Source: an uncultured Acidobacteriota bacterium | Lineage (GTDB): Bacteria; Acidobacteriota; Vicinamibacteria; Vicinamibacterales; SCN-69-37 | Length of the DNA stretch: 64,000 nt | Reading direction: 5' to 3' | NCBI GenBank assembly: GCA_963780895.1 | Contig: CAWAEG010000011.1 | Span: forward strand, 132,355 to 196,354 | Part shown: one piece after another, positions 32,999 to 45,564 of the stretch | How positions within the stretch are numbered: the first letter of the stretch is position 1 | How the letters are laid out: every line of letters begins with the position of its first letter | Translations under genes and position numbers: made by a program | Notes under the pieces: generated by a model | What the model saw: the letters and a program-made list of their open reading frames with translations, nothing else | The model's database searches: none | Told to the model about the DNA's origin: nothing

Positions 32999-34963
32999 GC
33001 CAGCGACAAATCGCTCTATGACATCCAGACTGTCCGTCATCGGTGAAGGTGGCAGCGAGGCCAGGAACCGCCGCCCATAGCTCATCCGGGTGAGTCTCGG
33101 GTCGAGTACCGCGAGCACGCCACGGTCGGTACGGGTCCGGATCAGCCGGCCGAGGCCCTGCAGGAGCGTCAACGTGGCGAGCGGGACCTGATATTCGTTG
33201 AACGCATGGCCGCCGCGGGCCTCGATGGCGGCAATCCGCGCAGCGACCAGAGGATCGCCGGGCGACGCGAACGGCAGCCGATCGATGATCACGCAGCTGA
33301 GCGCCTCGCCGGCGACGTCCACGCCCTGCCAGAAGCTCGACGTGGCCAGGAGCACCGCGTTGGGCGTCGCGCGGAAATCGCGCAGGAGCGCGGTTCGCGG
33401 CGCCGTGCCCTGCACGAGCAGAGGCCAGTCGACGGTCCGCGAGACCCGGTCGTGCACCTCGCGCATCGCGCCGTACGACGTGAACAGGACGAACGCGCGT
33501 CCCTGCGTGCGCTCGAGGATCTCCGCGATCTTCCGCGCCGCGGCGTCGTTGAAGTCGGGCGACCGCGGGTCCGGCATGTCCTGGGGCAGGAACAGGACGC
33601 TCTGCGTGCGAAAGTCGAATTCTGACGGCAGCCGAACCGTGCGCGCCTCGGGTACACCGAGCCGGCCGAGCACGTACTCGAACGACGAGTCGACCGCGAG
33701 TGTGGCGGACGTCAGCACGGTCGCGACCCGGCCACCGAGGACGGTTTCCCGCACGATGTCGGCGACGTCGATCGGGGCGGCGCGCAGGAACATGCCGCGT
33801 CCACGGCTCTCGACGAAATGGACGAACGTCGGATCCCTGACGTCCAGGACCGCCTCGAGGTCCTGTTTCAACGCGGTCGCGCGCCCGGCGATCGCCTGAA
33901 GCTCCTCCGGAATCTCTTTCCGTTCCCGGATCGCGGATCGGAACCGATCGAACGCGCCCGCGAGTGACTGGCCGGCGTCCTCCAGCCGTGTGGCGACGTC
34001 CGGCGTGATGATGACGCGATCGCCCGAGGCCGCGCGCTGCCGGATCTCGCGCCGCGCCAGATCGAACAACCACCGGCCTGCCTGGCCGACGTCGCTCACC
34101 GCACGCGTATCGCCGCCCGTCAGCGCGAATTGATCGCGATCGTTCGCCTCTGGCGCCGCCGCCAGCGCACGTTCCGCGTCGCGGACGAACTCCTCGAGGC
34201 GGTAGGTGCTGATCGAGACGCCGAAGTACTGCGTGACGACATCTTCGAGCTGATGCGCCTCGTCGACGATGGCGAGATCGCACTCCGGCACGACCCGGCC
34301 GAAGCTGCCCTGGCGGACCGACGCGTCGGCGCAGAGCAGGTGATGATTGACGATCACGACGTCGGCCGACTCGGCGCGATCGCGCATCCGCGTGATGAAG
34401 CAGTCGAGGTGCTGCGGACACTCGCGGCCAAGACACTGCTCGCTCGTGGCCGTGAGGTCGTTCCAGAACCGCAGGTCGTCGGGCAGATCCTCGATCTCGG
34501 CGCGGTCGCCCGTCTCAGTCGCCGCGGCCCACTCGGTGATGCGCGCCAGCCACGTTCGCTCGTCGATGGTGAGACTCTCTTCGACGGCCTGTACGGCGGC
34601 GAACCGGTGCCGGCACAGGTAGTTCGTCCGGCCCTTCATGTACGCGGCGCGGATCTCGCGGCCCAGCGCGCGTGCGAGCGCCGGCAGATCCTTGTAGAAC
34701 ACCTGGTCCTGGAGGGTGCGCGTGCCGGTCGAGATCAGCACGCGTTTGCCGGCAAGGACCGCCGGGACGAGATACGCGAGTGTCTTGCCGGTGCCCGTTC
34801 CGGCTTCGGCGACGAGCGTGCCGCCCGCGGTGAACGTGCGTGCGACTTCCGCCGCCAGTTGCTGCTGACCGGGACGCGGCTCGTACCCGTCGAACGCGAC
34901 GGCGAGCGGGCCGTTTTTCGAAAAGGCCTCTTCGACGCGATCGGACAGCGGAGCGTCTGGCAT
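32978..34963 (-). CDS. DinG/YoaA-family ATP-dependent DNA helicase
   Basis: EAGTGTGKT.AYL, KGR.NYLC, DEAH, FWQGVDV.G, QG.GRLIR..DRG. Confidence 0.93.
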   Translation of the reverse strand: MPDAPLSDRVEEAFSKNGPLAVAFDGYEPRPGQQQLAAEVARTFTAGGTLVAEAGTGTGKTLAYLVPAVLAGKRVLISTGTRTLQDQVFYKDLPALARALGREIRAAYMKGRTNYLCRHRFAAVQAVEESLTIDERTWLARITEWAAATETGDRAEIEDLPDDLRFWNDLTATSEQCLGRECPQHLDCFITRMRDRAESADVVIVNHHLLCADASVRQGSFGRVVPECDLAIVDEAHQLEDVVTQYFGVSISTYRLEEFVRDAERALAAAPEANDRDQFALTGGDTRAVSDVGQAGRWLFDLARREIRQRAASGDRVIITPDVATRLEDAGQSLAGAFDRFRSAIRERKEIPEELQAIAGRATALKQDLEAVLDVRDPTFVHFVESRGRGMFLRAAPIDVADIVRETVLGGRVATVLTSATLAVDSSFEYVLGRLGVPEARTVRLPSEFDFRTQSVLFLPQDMPDPRSPDFNDAAARKIAEILERTQGRAFVLFTSYGAMREVHDRVSRTVDWPLLVQGTAPRTALLRDFRATPNAVLLATSSFWQGVDVAGEALSCVIIDRLPFASPGDPLVAARIAAIEARGGHAFNEYQVPLATLTLLQGLGRLIRTRTDRGVLAVLDPRLTRMSYGRRFLASLPPSPMTDSLDVIERFVAGNSELRT

Positions 34964-34974
34964 TCAAACAAGAA

Positions 34975-34996
34975 GTGGGGCGGGCTTCAGCCCGCC
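34975..34996. repeat. Single REP-like hairpin
   Basis: gtgg-ggcgggct-tc-agcccgcc; same style as the REP at 1094. Confidence 0.55.
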
Positions 34997-35011
34997 TGAC
35001 TGTCTGCCATG

Positions 35012-36271
35012 TCAGGCCGGTGTGCCGGCCATCAGCTCCGGATACAGCGGGTGCTTCTGGCAGATCGCAAGCACCTCCGCCTTCACCGCGCGAGCCACGT
35101 CCTCATCGTCGGGCGCCGAGAGGACCCGTGCGATGAGATTCGCGACGGTATCCATCTCCGCCTCCTTCAGCCCGCGCGTGGTCACTGCGGGCGTCCCGAT
35201 GCGGATGCCGCTCGCCACGAGCGGCGGATGCTGGTCGAAGGGGATCGCGTTCTTGTTGACCGTGATGCCGGCGCGGTTGAGCGCGGCCTCGGCGACTTTA
35301 CCCGTCAGCCCGCGCGAGAACACGTCCACGAGCATCAGATGGGTGTCGGTGCCGCCGCTCACGAGCCGGAATCCGGCGTTCGACAGACCCGCGGCGAGCC
35401 GGGACGCATTCTTCACGATCTGGCGCTGGTACGCCTTGAACTCCGGCGTCAAGGCTTCTTTCAGGCAGACGGCCTTGGCGGCGATGACGTGCATCAACGG
35501 GCCGCCCTGCACGCCCGGAAACAGCGCCCTGTCCAGTTCCTTGGCGAACTGCGTGCGGCAGAGCACCATCCCGCCCCGAGGTCCACGGAGCGTCTTGTGC
35601 GTCGTCGTCGTGACGAAATCCGAGTGCGGGACCGGATTGGGATGTTCGCCCGTGGCGACGAGCCCGGCGATGTGGGCCATGTCGGTCATCACGAGCGCGC
35701 CCACCTCGTCGGCGATGCCGCGAATCCGGACGAAGTCGAACTGTCTGGGGTACGCGCTGGCGCCGACGACGACGAGCTTCGGCCGATGCTCGGCGGCGAG
35801 ACGCGCGAGCTCGTCGTAGTCGATGCGCTCGTCCGTCTTCGTCACGCCGTACGGAACGATCTTGAAATACTTCCCGGAGAAGTTGAGCGGATGTCCGTGC
35901 GTCAGATGTCCGCCGTGGGCGAGGTTCATGCCGAGCATCGTGTCGCCCGGCTTGAGCACGCTCATGTACACGGCCATGTTGGCCTGCGCGCCGGAATGCG
36001 GTTGGACGTTGACGTGTTCGGCGCCGAAGAGCTGCTTCGCGCGTTCGATTGCCAGTGACTCGGCCACGTCCACGAACTCGCAGCCGCCGTAGTACCGTCG
36101 CCCCGGATACCCCTCGGCGTATTTGTTCGTCATCACGCATCCGGTCGCCTCGAGAACCGCGAGGCTGACGAAGTTCTCGGACGCGATGAGCTCCAGACCC
36201 TCTTCCTGACGACGGACCTCGTGGCGGATGGCCGCCGCAATGTCGGGATCGACGCGGGACAGGTGATTCAT
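35012..36271 (-). CDS. glyA: Serine hydroxymethyltransferase
   Basis: [41 protein letters not shown]; start reset to MNHLSRVD. Confidence 0.97.
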   Translation of the reverse strand: MNHLSRVDPDIAAAIRHEVRRQEEGLELIASENFVSLAVLEATGCVMTNKYAEGYPGRRYYGGCEFVDVAESLAIERAKQLFGAEHVNVQPHSGAQANMAVYMSVLKPGDTMLGMNLAHGGHLTHGHPLNFSGKYFKIVPYGVTKTDERIDYDELARLAAEHRPKLVVVGASAYPRQFDFVRIRGIADEVGALVMTDMAHIAGLVATGEHPNPVPHSDFVTTTTHKTLRGPRGGMVLCRTQFAKELDRALFPGVQGGPLMHVIAAKAVCLKEALTPEFKAYQRQIVKNASRLAAGLSNAGFRLVSGGTDTHLMLVDVFSRGLTGKVAEAALNRAGITVNKNAIPFDQHPPLVASGIRIGTPAVTTRGLKEAEMDTVANLIARVLSAPDDEDVARAVKAEVLAICQKHPLYPELMAGTPA

Positions 36272-36723
36272 TCGATGTGCGACGCGTGTGACTCGAGCTC
36301 GGCGATGATGGCGAGTCGGCGTTCGTGACGGCCGCCGGCGAACGGCGTGTCGAGGAACACTTCGACGAACCGGCGGGCCTTGTCCGGCGGCGTCAGGCGT
36401 TCGCCGAGCGACAGAACGTTCGCGTCGTTGTGCTCGCGGCTCAGGCGCGTCGACACTTCGTCGACGACAGGCGCGGCGCGGATGCCGGGAACCTTGTTGG
36501 CGGCGATCGCCATGCCGATGCCGGACCCGCAGAAGAGCAGGCCGCGGTCGAACGCGCCCGACGCGACCGCGTGCGCGACTTTGATCGCGTAGTCCGGATA
36601 ATCGACGGGATCCCTGTTCGACGTGCCGAAATCGGTGTACTCCTCGCCTCGCTCGTCGAGGAGCGCTTTGATCTCTTCTTTCAACGCGACGCCCGCGTGA
36701 TCGGCGCCTAGCGCGATGCGCAT
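36268..36723 (-). CDS. rpiB: Ribose-5-phosphate isomerase B
   Basis: GADHAG, CGSGIGM.IAANK, HNDANVL, F.GGRH.RR. Confidence 0.95.
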   Translation of the reverse strand: MRIALGADHAGVALKEEIKALLDERGEEYTDFGTSNRDPVDYPDYAIKVAHAVASGAFDRGLLFCGSGIGMAIAANKVPGIRAAPVVDEVSTRLSREHNDANVLSLGERLTPPDKARRFVEVFLDTPFAGGRHERRLAIIAELESHASHIE

Positions 36724-36749
36724 AAAGGGCATGATAACAAACGCACGTC

Positions 36750-37925
36750 ATGTCCAGCGCTGTCATTTCCCGCCGCGGCGTCGATCGCCTCCGCGCCGGT
36801 CATCCCTGGATTTATCGATCGGACGTGCTCTCGTGCGACGGTCAGCCCGGCGACCTCGTCCGCGTGTTGACCGAGCGCGACCGGCCGCTCGGCTGGGCCT
36901 TCTGGAGCGGCGCGTCGCAGATTTCGCTGCGGATGGTGTCGGACGCCACGCGCGAGAGCGGTGACTCGCTGAACGAACGGAAGCTCTTCGCGGACCGGCT
37001 CGAGCGAGCCATCGAATACCGCGCCGTCCTGGCCATCGACGCCACGGCCTGCCGGCTCGTGCACGGCGAGGCTGACCGGCTGCCGGCACTCATCGTGGAC
37101 CGGTACGCGGACTGGCTCGTTGTGCAGACGCTCAGCCAGGGGATGGACCGGCGGCTTCCGATGATCGTCGAACTGCTCGTGGAGATCGCGAAGCCGCGCG
37201 GCATCCTGGCTCGCAATGATCCGAAAGTGCGGAGGCTCGAAGGGCTCGACGAGAAGGTTGAAGTGGTCTACGGCGAAGTGCCGGAGACCATCGAGGTCTC
37301 GGAAGGTCGCATCCGACACCTCGTGGACGTCCGGCACGGGCAGAAGACGGGGCTCTTCCTCGACCAGGTGGAGAACCATGCCGCGGCGGCTCGCTACGCG
37401 CGAGGCGCCGCGCTCGACGCGTTCAGCTACCTGGGCGGGTTCGCGCTGCAGATCGCGCCGCACTGCGAGCGGGTCATCACGCTCGACTCATCCGCACCGG
37501 TCGTGGCCGCGACGCGCGAAGCCGCGCAGAGAAACGGCATCACGAACCTGGACGCGCGGGAGGGGAACGTGTTCGACGAGCTGCGCGAGCTCGAGATCGC
37601 TCGTGAGCGCTTTCACATGATCGTGCTCGACCCGCCGGCGTTCGCGCGCAACCGCGCGGCGGTCGAGCGCGCGGTCGCCGGCTACAAGGAGATCAACCTG
37701 CGCGCGCTGAAGCTGCTCGAACCGGGCGGCCATCTCGTGACGTGCAGCTGTTCCTACAACGTGGACGAGGCCCTGTTCGCGGCGATCGTCGAGGCGGCGG
37801 CGGCCGACGCCCGCGTGGCCGTCGCCCTGGTCGAAAAACGCATGCAGGCGCGCGATCATCCCGTGCTGGTGGGCGTGCCGGAGACGCACTACCTGAAATG
37901 TTTCATCCTGCGGAAACTCGCCTGA
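36750..37925 (+). CDS. rlmI: RlmI-like class I SAM-dependent rRNA methyltransferase
   Basis: GHPWIY, E.D.LP.L.VD, GQKTG.FLDQ, LDPPAF, TCSCS, DHP...PET.YLK. Confidence 0.85.
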   Translation: MSSAVISRRGVDRLRAGHPWIYRSDVLSCDGQPGDLVRVLTERDRPLGWAFWSGASQISLRMVSDATRESGDSLNERKLFADRLERAIEYRAVLAIDATACRLVHGEADRLPALIVDRYADWLVVQTLSQGMDRRLPMIVELLVEIAKPRGILARNDPKVRRLEGLDEKVEVVYGEVPETIEVSEGRIRHLVDVRHGQKTGLFLDQVENHAAAARYARGAALDAFSYLGGFALQIAPHCERVITLDSSAPVVAATREAAQRNGITNLDAREGNVFDELRELEIARERFHMIVLDPPAFARNRAAVERAVAGYKEINLRALKLLEPGGHLVTCSCSYNVDEALFAAIVEAAAADARVAVALVEKRMQARDHPVLVGVPETHYLKCFILRKLA

Positions 37926-37941
37926 TGGCCCTGGTTTTGCA
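37926..37941 (+). promoter_or_regulatory. Putative sigma54 promoter
   Basis: TGGCCCTGGTTTTGCA = GG-N10-GC, -24/-12 consensus-like. Confidence 0.5.
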
Positions 37942-38003
37942 CGTCTTCAGGGCGGGCGCAGGCGGGCTGTTTGTGTACGTACTGCCGCGCCTGGGGGATT
38001 CAT

Positions 38004-38453
38004 ATGACATCGCGTTGGGGATGGATGGCGCTCGTGGCGATCGCGATGACCGCGACGCCGGTGTACGGGCAGACGAGCAGCACGGGAGTCCGCGCGGGCG
38101 TCAGCGGCGATCCGGGTCAGTTCTATTTCGGGGGGCACGTCGAGACCCGTCCCTTGATCGATAAGCTGACGTTTCGTCCGAATGTGGAGATCGGACTTGG
38201 CGACGACACCACGCTCGTCGCGGCGAACATCGAGTTTGCGTACTGGATTCCGATTCGGAACAAGCCATGGTCGGTGTACACCGGCGGTGGTCCGGCGCTG
38301 ATCATCGGCGATCGCAATGACGACACGGACGTCGGCGGAGGCTTCAACATCCTGGTCGGCCTCCAGCATCGGCGTGGCCTCTTCACCGAGCTGAAGGTCG
38401 GCTTCGGTGACAGTCCTGACATCAAATTCGGGGTCGGGTTCACGTTCCGCTAA
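38004..38453 (+). CDS. Small outer-membrane beta-barrel-like protein
   Basis: Signal peptide, alternating beta-strand pattern, C-terminal FGVGFTFR. Confidence 0.7.
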   Translation: MTSRWGWMALVAIAMTATPVYGQTSSTGVRAGVSGDPGQFYFGGHVETRPLIDKLTFRPNVEIGLGDDTTLVAANIEFAYWIPIRNKPWSVYTGGGPALIIGDRNDDTDVGGGFNILVGLQHRRGLFTELKVGFGDSPDIKFGVGFTFR

Positions 38454-38497
38454 CGGTCCACGGCTGTTGGTCCGCCGATACCGATCGGCGCAGTCGA

Positions 38498-38632
38498 GTG
38501 TCTCGCGCGGTGAAGGATCCGGCGAAGTCGCCGAAGATCATCCGCATATTTTTCGTCGACGAAGCCGCGCTGCCGACCGACGTGCGCGCGCAGCCGAAGC
38601 TCGCGATCAAATACCTGCACAGCGGCAAGTAA
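38498..38632 (+). other. 44-aa ORF, possible 3' gene remnant
   Basis: VSRAVKDPAKSPKIIRIFFVDEAALPTDVRAQPKLAIKYLHSGK* with host-like codons; no clear RBS. Confidence 0.35.
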
Positions 38633-38659
38633 CTGCAAGCTGTTGCTGGGCGCCGGTAG

Positions 38660-38904
38660 GTTGCCGATGGCTGGCGTGTCGTCAGGCGGGCCCTCCCGCC
38701 GCTCCGCAACGCGCTGCTGCCGCTCCGCGTTGCCCGCGGCCTCCGCGAGGCGGAAAAACGTCGCTCCAGGGGATTCGTCTTGGTGCACGCGCGTGGGGAC
38801 CCCCAGCCCCACGCGGTGTCGCTCCCTTGCGCGACGTTTTTCAGACTCTCGCTGTCGCCTCGCTCCGAGTCGGGCCGCCTGACGACACGCCAGCCAGCGG
38901 CAAC
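38660..38904 (+). mobile_element. MITE-like structured element, copy A
   Basis: ~30-bp terminal inverted repeats gttgccgatggctggcgtgtcgtcaggcgg / ccgcctgacgacacgccagccagcggcaac; internal IR gaaaaacgtcgc/gcgacgtttttc. Confidence 0.75.
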
Positions 38905-39024
38905 GGAGCTGGCTCTTCCTCTGAGAGTTCACCGTGGGCAGCGCGGTGGGACGCTCCCGCCCGGCCGCGCCGGTGCGCCCGCGTGTCCGTAATTAGCCGC
39001 ATCGAATGTCATCCTTCGCAGGCG

Positions 39025-39495
39025 TTATTCATGAATGCGCGGTCCGGGCTTCGGCTTGTAAGTCACACTGGTCAGATTCATCGCCATGAACGGCCCGGGG
39101 TCAGTGACAGCATCCAGGGTCGTGACTTGAAGGTTCCCCTCACCATCGCGCGTGTAGATCGTCATCCAATCCCAGCGCTGATCAGCAGCCCGAGTCGTGG
39201 TCGTCGTGATCACCAAGGCGCTGCTGACCCACTTCGTCTGCGAGACGTGCGTCCACTTCTCGCCCGTAACTGAGGTGGTCTCGTTCCGGCTTTCCGACCC
39301 GCCAAGCCGGTATATCCAGGGGCGCCCGCGTGCGTCCGTCACCGTGAGTTGCGTGGCGTCCTGGGTTATCACCAGCTGTTGCGGACCCGACGTGGCCAGC
39401 CACGTACCTGAAAACGAAGCTCGCGGTTGCGCCGAAACCACGTCAGCCGTCAACAGAAGCACCGCGAAAAGAACCCGTGACTTCACGGTTCTCAT
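39025..39495 (-). CDS. Hypothetical secreted beta-rich protein (cargo between elements A and B)
   Basis: GGAGG RBS, signal peptide, FSGTW, L.I.QD...L.V, Y.L.G.ES.N. Confidence 0.7.
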   Translation of the reverse strand: MRTVKSRVLFAVLLLTADVVSAQPRASFSGTWLATSGPQQLVITQDATQLTVTDARGRPWIYRLGGSESRNETTSVTGEKWTHVSQTKWVSSALVITTTTTRAADQRWDWMTIYTRDGEGNLQVTTLDAVTDPGPFMAMNLTSVTYKPKPGPRIHE

Positions 39496-39564
39496 GCTGT
39501 CCTCCAACGCTCCTCTAGACGGCAAATGGCTTCTGCAGGCCTCTGGTCATCCGGACTCCCTTGA

Positions 39565-41637
<2,073 letters not shown>

Positions 41638-41667
41638 ACAGAAATTCATGAAGGGTTCTTCATGTCC

Positions 41668-42633
41668 TTACGACGGCGCGAATGCCGTGTTCAAGTCAAA
41701 GTTGACGTGCATGCTGGTGTTGGCTGCGCCGACGTAAACCAGCGTCTCACCTGGACTCATCGGGAACGTCGCCACGACCTCCGTGGATCCCGGAGCGGGC
41801 TGGAACACTTGGCTTCCAGCCCAGACGGTCATGCGCGTACCTAAATTGGTCCACCTCAGCGTCAGGGTGAGTCTGCCCGCCCCACTGCTGTGAATTCGGA
41901 CGAGCCGGCAGATACCGCAATGCGTTCCCGGCATGACTTCGTACGAAAGATCGTTCGGCGCAATCGTTCCCGAGAGGCTGCCGCCCGCCACGATCCGGTG
42001 CACGGGTTGCATCGGCACGCTCAGCAGATCGTCAAAACGCCGCACCGATGTCACGACCGTCTCGTAGTTGTCTTTGGTCAGCCTGAGCTCCGTCCCGATC
42101 AGGCTTGCGAGCATGAAGGCGCCGTCGCCTCCGATCGTCGTCGTCGACCGTCCGGACACGAGTTCGCTCACCATCACGTCGGCGAGACTGCTTGCGCCAG
42201 GCTGTCTGACACGTCCGGCGACCACGAACGTGCCGGCCGGCGTCACCGTGAGTCGAACGTCCCTCCTGCCGACTAAGTAGGTGGCGCGCACGTACGCCAT
42301 GCCGAGCTCGTTCGCCTGGAGGACGCCCGAGGTCGAGATCGAAGCGACCCCGCGCGCCAGCGTGCCGAATGCTTCTGGCGGCCCGATGATTGACCAGAAC
42401 GTTTCATTCGTGACGTCCGTCGATTGGCCATCCGACCATCGCGCCAGGGCCCGCAGCTGGCTGGTTTGGCCCACTGCCGTCAGTTCGGTATTGCCCTGAA
42501 TCTCGAGAATCGCGAGCGTAGGCGTTGGCGTCTGGCTGGGCCCGGGATATCGGGATTCCCCGCAGCCCTGGACGAACTGCACGTCTATGATGACGGACAG
42601 CAGGACGAGAGCGCGCGACAATCGTCTAACCAT
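41668..42633 (-). CDS. Secreted Ig-like (Big2) / carboxypeptidase-regulatory-like protein
   Basis: GGAG RBS, signal with Cys, VGQTSQL.A.A.WSDG...DVT....WS, VA.IS..G. Confidence 0.65.
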   Translation of the reverse strand: MVRRLSRALVLLSVIIDVQFVQGCGESRYPGPSQTPTPTLAILEIQGNTELTAVGQTSQLRALARWSDGQSTDVTNETFWSIIGPPEAFGTLARGVASISTSGVLQANELGMAYVRATYLVGRRDVRLTVTPAGTFVVAGRVRQPGASSLADVMVSELVSGRSTTTIGGDGAFMLASLIGTELRLTKDNYETVVTSVRRFDDLLSVPMQPVHRIVAGGSLSGTIAPNDLSYEVMPGTHCGICRLVRIHSSGAGRLTLTLRWTNLGTRMTVWAGSQVFQPAPGSTEVVATFPMSPGETLVYVGAANTSMHVNFDLNTAFAPS

Positions 42634-42747
42634 CGGGACTGGACTCCTCCGAAGTCCGGGCGCGGTAGGCTAGGCCGGGCGAATGAGAGAAGTCCTTCCA
42701 AGAAGTTCGGAGAAATCTCCTTGTTTTCTCCTAAACCGGAGCCGCTC

Positions 42748-44970
42748 ATGACTCAGAAGAACGGGCACGTGTATGCGTTCGGTCCCTTCGAGCTGAATCC
42801 AGCGGAACAGCGGCTGCGGCGAAACGGGGAGATGGTTCAGCTCACGCCCAAGGTTCTGGCCGTTCTGGAAACCCTCGTTGAGAACGCCGGCCACCTGGTC
42901 GGCCGCGAGGAGCTCATTCGCGCGGTCTGGCCCGACACGTTCGTCGAGGAGGCCAACGTCAGCCGCTGTGTATTCGTGCTCCGCAAGGCCCTCGGCGAGG
43001 GCCACGGGATGAACCGCTATATCGAGACGGTTCCGAAGTCCGGCTACCGGTTCATCGCCACCGTCACGGTCTCGACGCCTGCGCCGCCGCTCGCCGCGCC
43101 TGCCATCGCGACGGTGTCGGATGCCGCCGTCCCATCGGTGGGGCAAGAGGCAACTGGCGCGAGAGGGAGCCGGCGCACGGGTCATCTGCAGATCGCGCTG
43201 GCGGCCGGGCTCGGGCTTGCGTCCCTGGGCGGATTTGCGGTCGCGACCTGGCGGTTTGCCCCGGCCCCGTCGCCCATTGTCAGTCAATCGGTCGCTCCAG
43301 ACCATCGACAGGTGACGTTTACCGGCGCCGACGCCAGCCCGGCCATCTCTCCGGATGGCAGGTTCATCGCCTATGTCTCAGACGATCCGCCATCGAGGCA
43401 CGTGACCGTCAGGGAAGCGGCTGGCGGTCAGCCCGTGACCATCGCATCGTCGACCGAGGCCGGGATGTTGCGCTGGTCGCCGGATGGCTCGCGGCTCATG
43501 TTCTTTCTCCGAGGTCCGGACCGGAACGGCATCTACGTGTCCTCGCGAACCGGCGGGTCGCTGACGCAGATTGCCGGTGGTCCACATCGCAGCTGCTGGT
43601 CACCCGACGGCGAGACGATCGCAACGGTTCAGCCGTTCGTCGGCCGGGTTCAGCTTCGCGAGTGGCGCTCGGGGGCCACGAGGGTCCTGTCCCTTCACGG
43701 CCAGCACAACTGGTTCTGGGACATCGACTGGTCGCCGAGCGGCGATCGACTCCTTCTGGTGAGCCAGAACGCGCAGCGGTTTGCCGTGCTGACCATTCAG
43801 GCCGACGGACAGCACCAGCGCACGGTGCTCACTGACACGCGCGAAATCCCGGCAGCGCGCTGGTCCCCGGGCGGCGATGCGATCTACTACTCGCGACGCG
43901 TCGATCAGACCGCGTCCATCTTCAAGGTCCGCGTGTCGCGGGCGGGCGACGCGATCGCGTCCGATTCTCCCCTGGTGACGGGGCTCGAGTCGGACGGCTC
44001 TTTCGAAGTGTCGGCGGATGGTCAACGGCTCACCTACGCGCGTGACCCGTTTTTCTCGAACCTGTGGCTCGTGGACATCAGCCGCGGGTCGTCCCCGGAT
44101 CTGATGGCGACTCGTCAGCTGACGAGCGGCACGTCGCAAATCGATCGCCCGAGCGTGTCGCCCGATGGACGGTCGATCCTGTTCACCGTCGGCCGTGAGA
44201 CGTTCTCGAATCTTCACCTCCTGTCAATCACCGGCGGCGACGCTCGGCAGCTCACATTCCTGACCGGCTTGAGCGCCGGCGGCGTCTGGTCGCCCGACGG
44301 CCGCCAGATCGCGTTTGCATCGAATGAAGGCGGCACACGCCGCATCTGGCTCACGAACACGAGCGGAGCTCCTGCGCGCGCCGTGTCGACCGGCGACGTG
44401 AGCGACAGCCTGGAAGTTGCGTGGGGACACGCGGCGGGCCTCTATTACCAGCAGGCGGGGAATCGCGACTTCTACGTGCTCGATCCCGCGCGAGGTCAGG
44501 GAGAAACGATGCTCTGGCAACGAGGCCGCGCTCAAGGTTGGGTCTTTTCGCCGGTGGTCTCACCCGACGGCCGGACCGTGGCCGTCTCCTGGAGTGGCCG
44601 CGGCATCTGGACGCTCGACACCAGAACGGATCAGAAGACGAAACTGCTGGACGCTGAGAAGGCTGCCGGCGCGTTGCCGCTCGCCTGGTCGCGCGATGGC
44701 CAGCGTCTCTACCTCATCACGGGTCAGCGTGCGGCGTATCGAGGCCTCGCTGTGAAACTGGGCGAGACCACCAAGGACACCCGGGTGCTCTCGGTGCCGG
44801 CGGCCGGCGGACCCGTCACGACCGTGGCTGTGCTGCCGTTTTCAGAGATTGGTGGAGTGGCGATGACGCCCGACAGCCGGCGCTTCGTTTGCGCGGTCTA
44901 CACGGCGCGATCGGATGTCTGGATCATCGATCACTTCGACCCGGACGTGAGTCAAGTGGCGGTGAGGTAG
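42748..44970 (+). CDS. CadC/ToxR-like winged-helix regulator with TM segment and PD40 beta-propeller
   Basis: YAFGPF.L, LTPK...L..LV...G.LV.REEL...VWPDTFVEE, LRKALG, IETVPK.GYRF; many WSPDG repeats. Confidence 0.88.
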   Translation: MTQKNGHVYAFGPFELNPAEQRLRRNGEMVQLTPKVLAVLETLVENAGHLVGREELIRAVWPDTFVEEANVSRCVFVLRKALGEGHGMNRYIETVPKSGYRFIATVTVSTPAPPLAAPAIATVSDAAVPSVGQEATGARGSRRTGHLQIALAAGLGLASLGGFAVATWRFAPAPSPIVSQSVAPDHRQVTFTGADASPAISPDGRFIAYVSDDPPSRHVTVREAAGGQPVTIASSTEAGMLRWSPDGSRLMFFLRGPDRNGIYVSSRTGGSLTQIAGGPHRSCWSPDGETIATVQPFVGRVQLREWRSGATRVLSLHGQHNWFWDIDWSPSGDRLLLVSQNAQRFAVLTIQADGQHQRTVLTDTREIPAARWSPGGDAIYYSRRVDQTASIFKVRVSRAGDAIASDSPLVTGLESDGSFEVSADGQRLTYARDPFFSNLWLVDISRGSSPDLMATRQLTSGTSQIDRPSVSPDGRSILFTVGRETFSNLHLLSITGGDARQLTFLTGLSAGGVWSPDGRQIAFASNEGGTRRIWLTNTSGAPARAVSTGDVSDSLEVAWGHAAGLYYQQAGNRDFYVLDPARGQGETMLWQRGRAQGWVFSPVVSPDGRTVAVSWSGRGIWTLDTRTDQKTKLLDAEKAAGALPLAWSRDGQRLYLITGQRAAYRGLAVKLGETTKDTRVLSVPAAGGPVTTVAVLPFSEIGGVAMTPDSRRFVCAVYTARSDVWIIDHFDPDVSQVAVR

Positions 44971-44977
44971 GACAGGG

Positions 44978-45538
44978 CTAGCGCCCGACGGCCGGCACGA
45001 TCTGAATGATCGTCTTGTACCGTTTCTCGGTCGTTCCGGCCACGAAGAGATACCCTGCCGATCCGTTCGCCGAGTAGTCCTTCACCACCACGCTCGGCGG
45101 ATACGCCATCGACTGATCGTCGAACCGGCCGAGGTCGAAGCGCTGCATCGCCGGCGTACGGAAGATCTCCTGACCGCCGCTGCCGAGCTGTTTCCGGTAA
45201 AACGCGATGATGTCGAGATACGGCGCGTTCGTGCCGTAGATGAAGAACTTCTGCCCGCGTCCGGCGTCGAAGGTTTCCAGAAAATCCGCGGCGGGATAGA
45301 CCGGCGCGCCATTGAGGTCCTGCGGCGCCGGGGCGTTGGGCCGTTCGGCAGGCGCGGGTACGGCAGCCGCGGGTGTCGCCGGATCGGCCGGCTTGCCCGG
45401 CGGCGTCGACGGAGGATTCGAACCCGGAAAGGGTTTGGGAACGGGCGGCGGCTGCGTCGGCGGCGGCGCGCTCTGCGCGAACGCCGCCACGCCAAGCGCC
45501 GCGACGGCCGCCGTCACGCCGAGCCAGCGTCTGAGCAT
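44978..45538 (-). CDS. Hypothetical secreted protein with Pro-rich linker
   Basis: Signal peptide ..AAFAQ, Pro-rich region, globular C-terminus. Confidence 0.65.
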   Translation of the reverse strand: MLRRWLGVTAAVAALGVAAFAQSAPPPTQPPPVPKPFPGSNPPSTPPGKPADPATPAAAVPAPAERPNAPAPQDLNGAPVYPAADFLETFDAGRGQKFFIYGTNAPYLDIIAFYRKQLGSGGQEIFRTPAMQRFDLGRFDDQSMAYPPSVVVKDYSANGSAGYLFVAGTTEKRYKTIIQIVPAVGR

Positions 45539-45564
45539 CGAAACCACCCCGGTATTATAGGACC

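Noticed and set aside
35012-36766. 584-aa extended GlyA
   Set aside because: The extension overlaps rpiB in another frame; the real start is 36271
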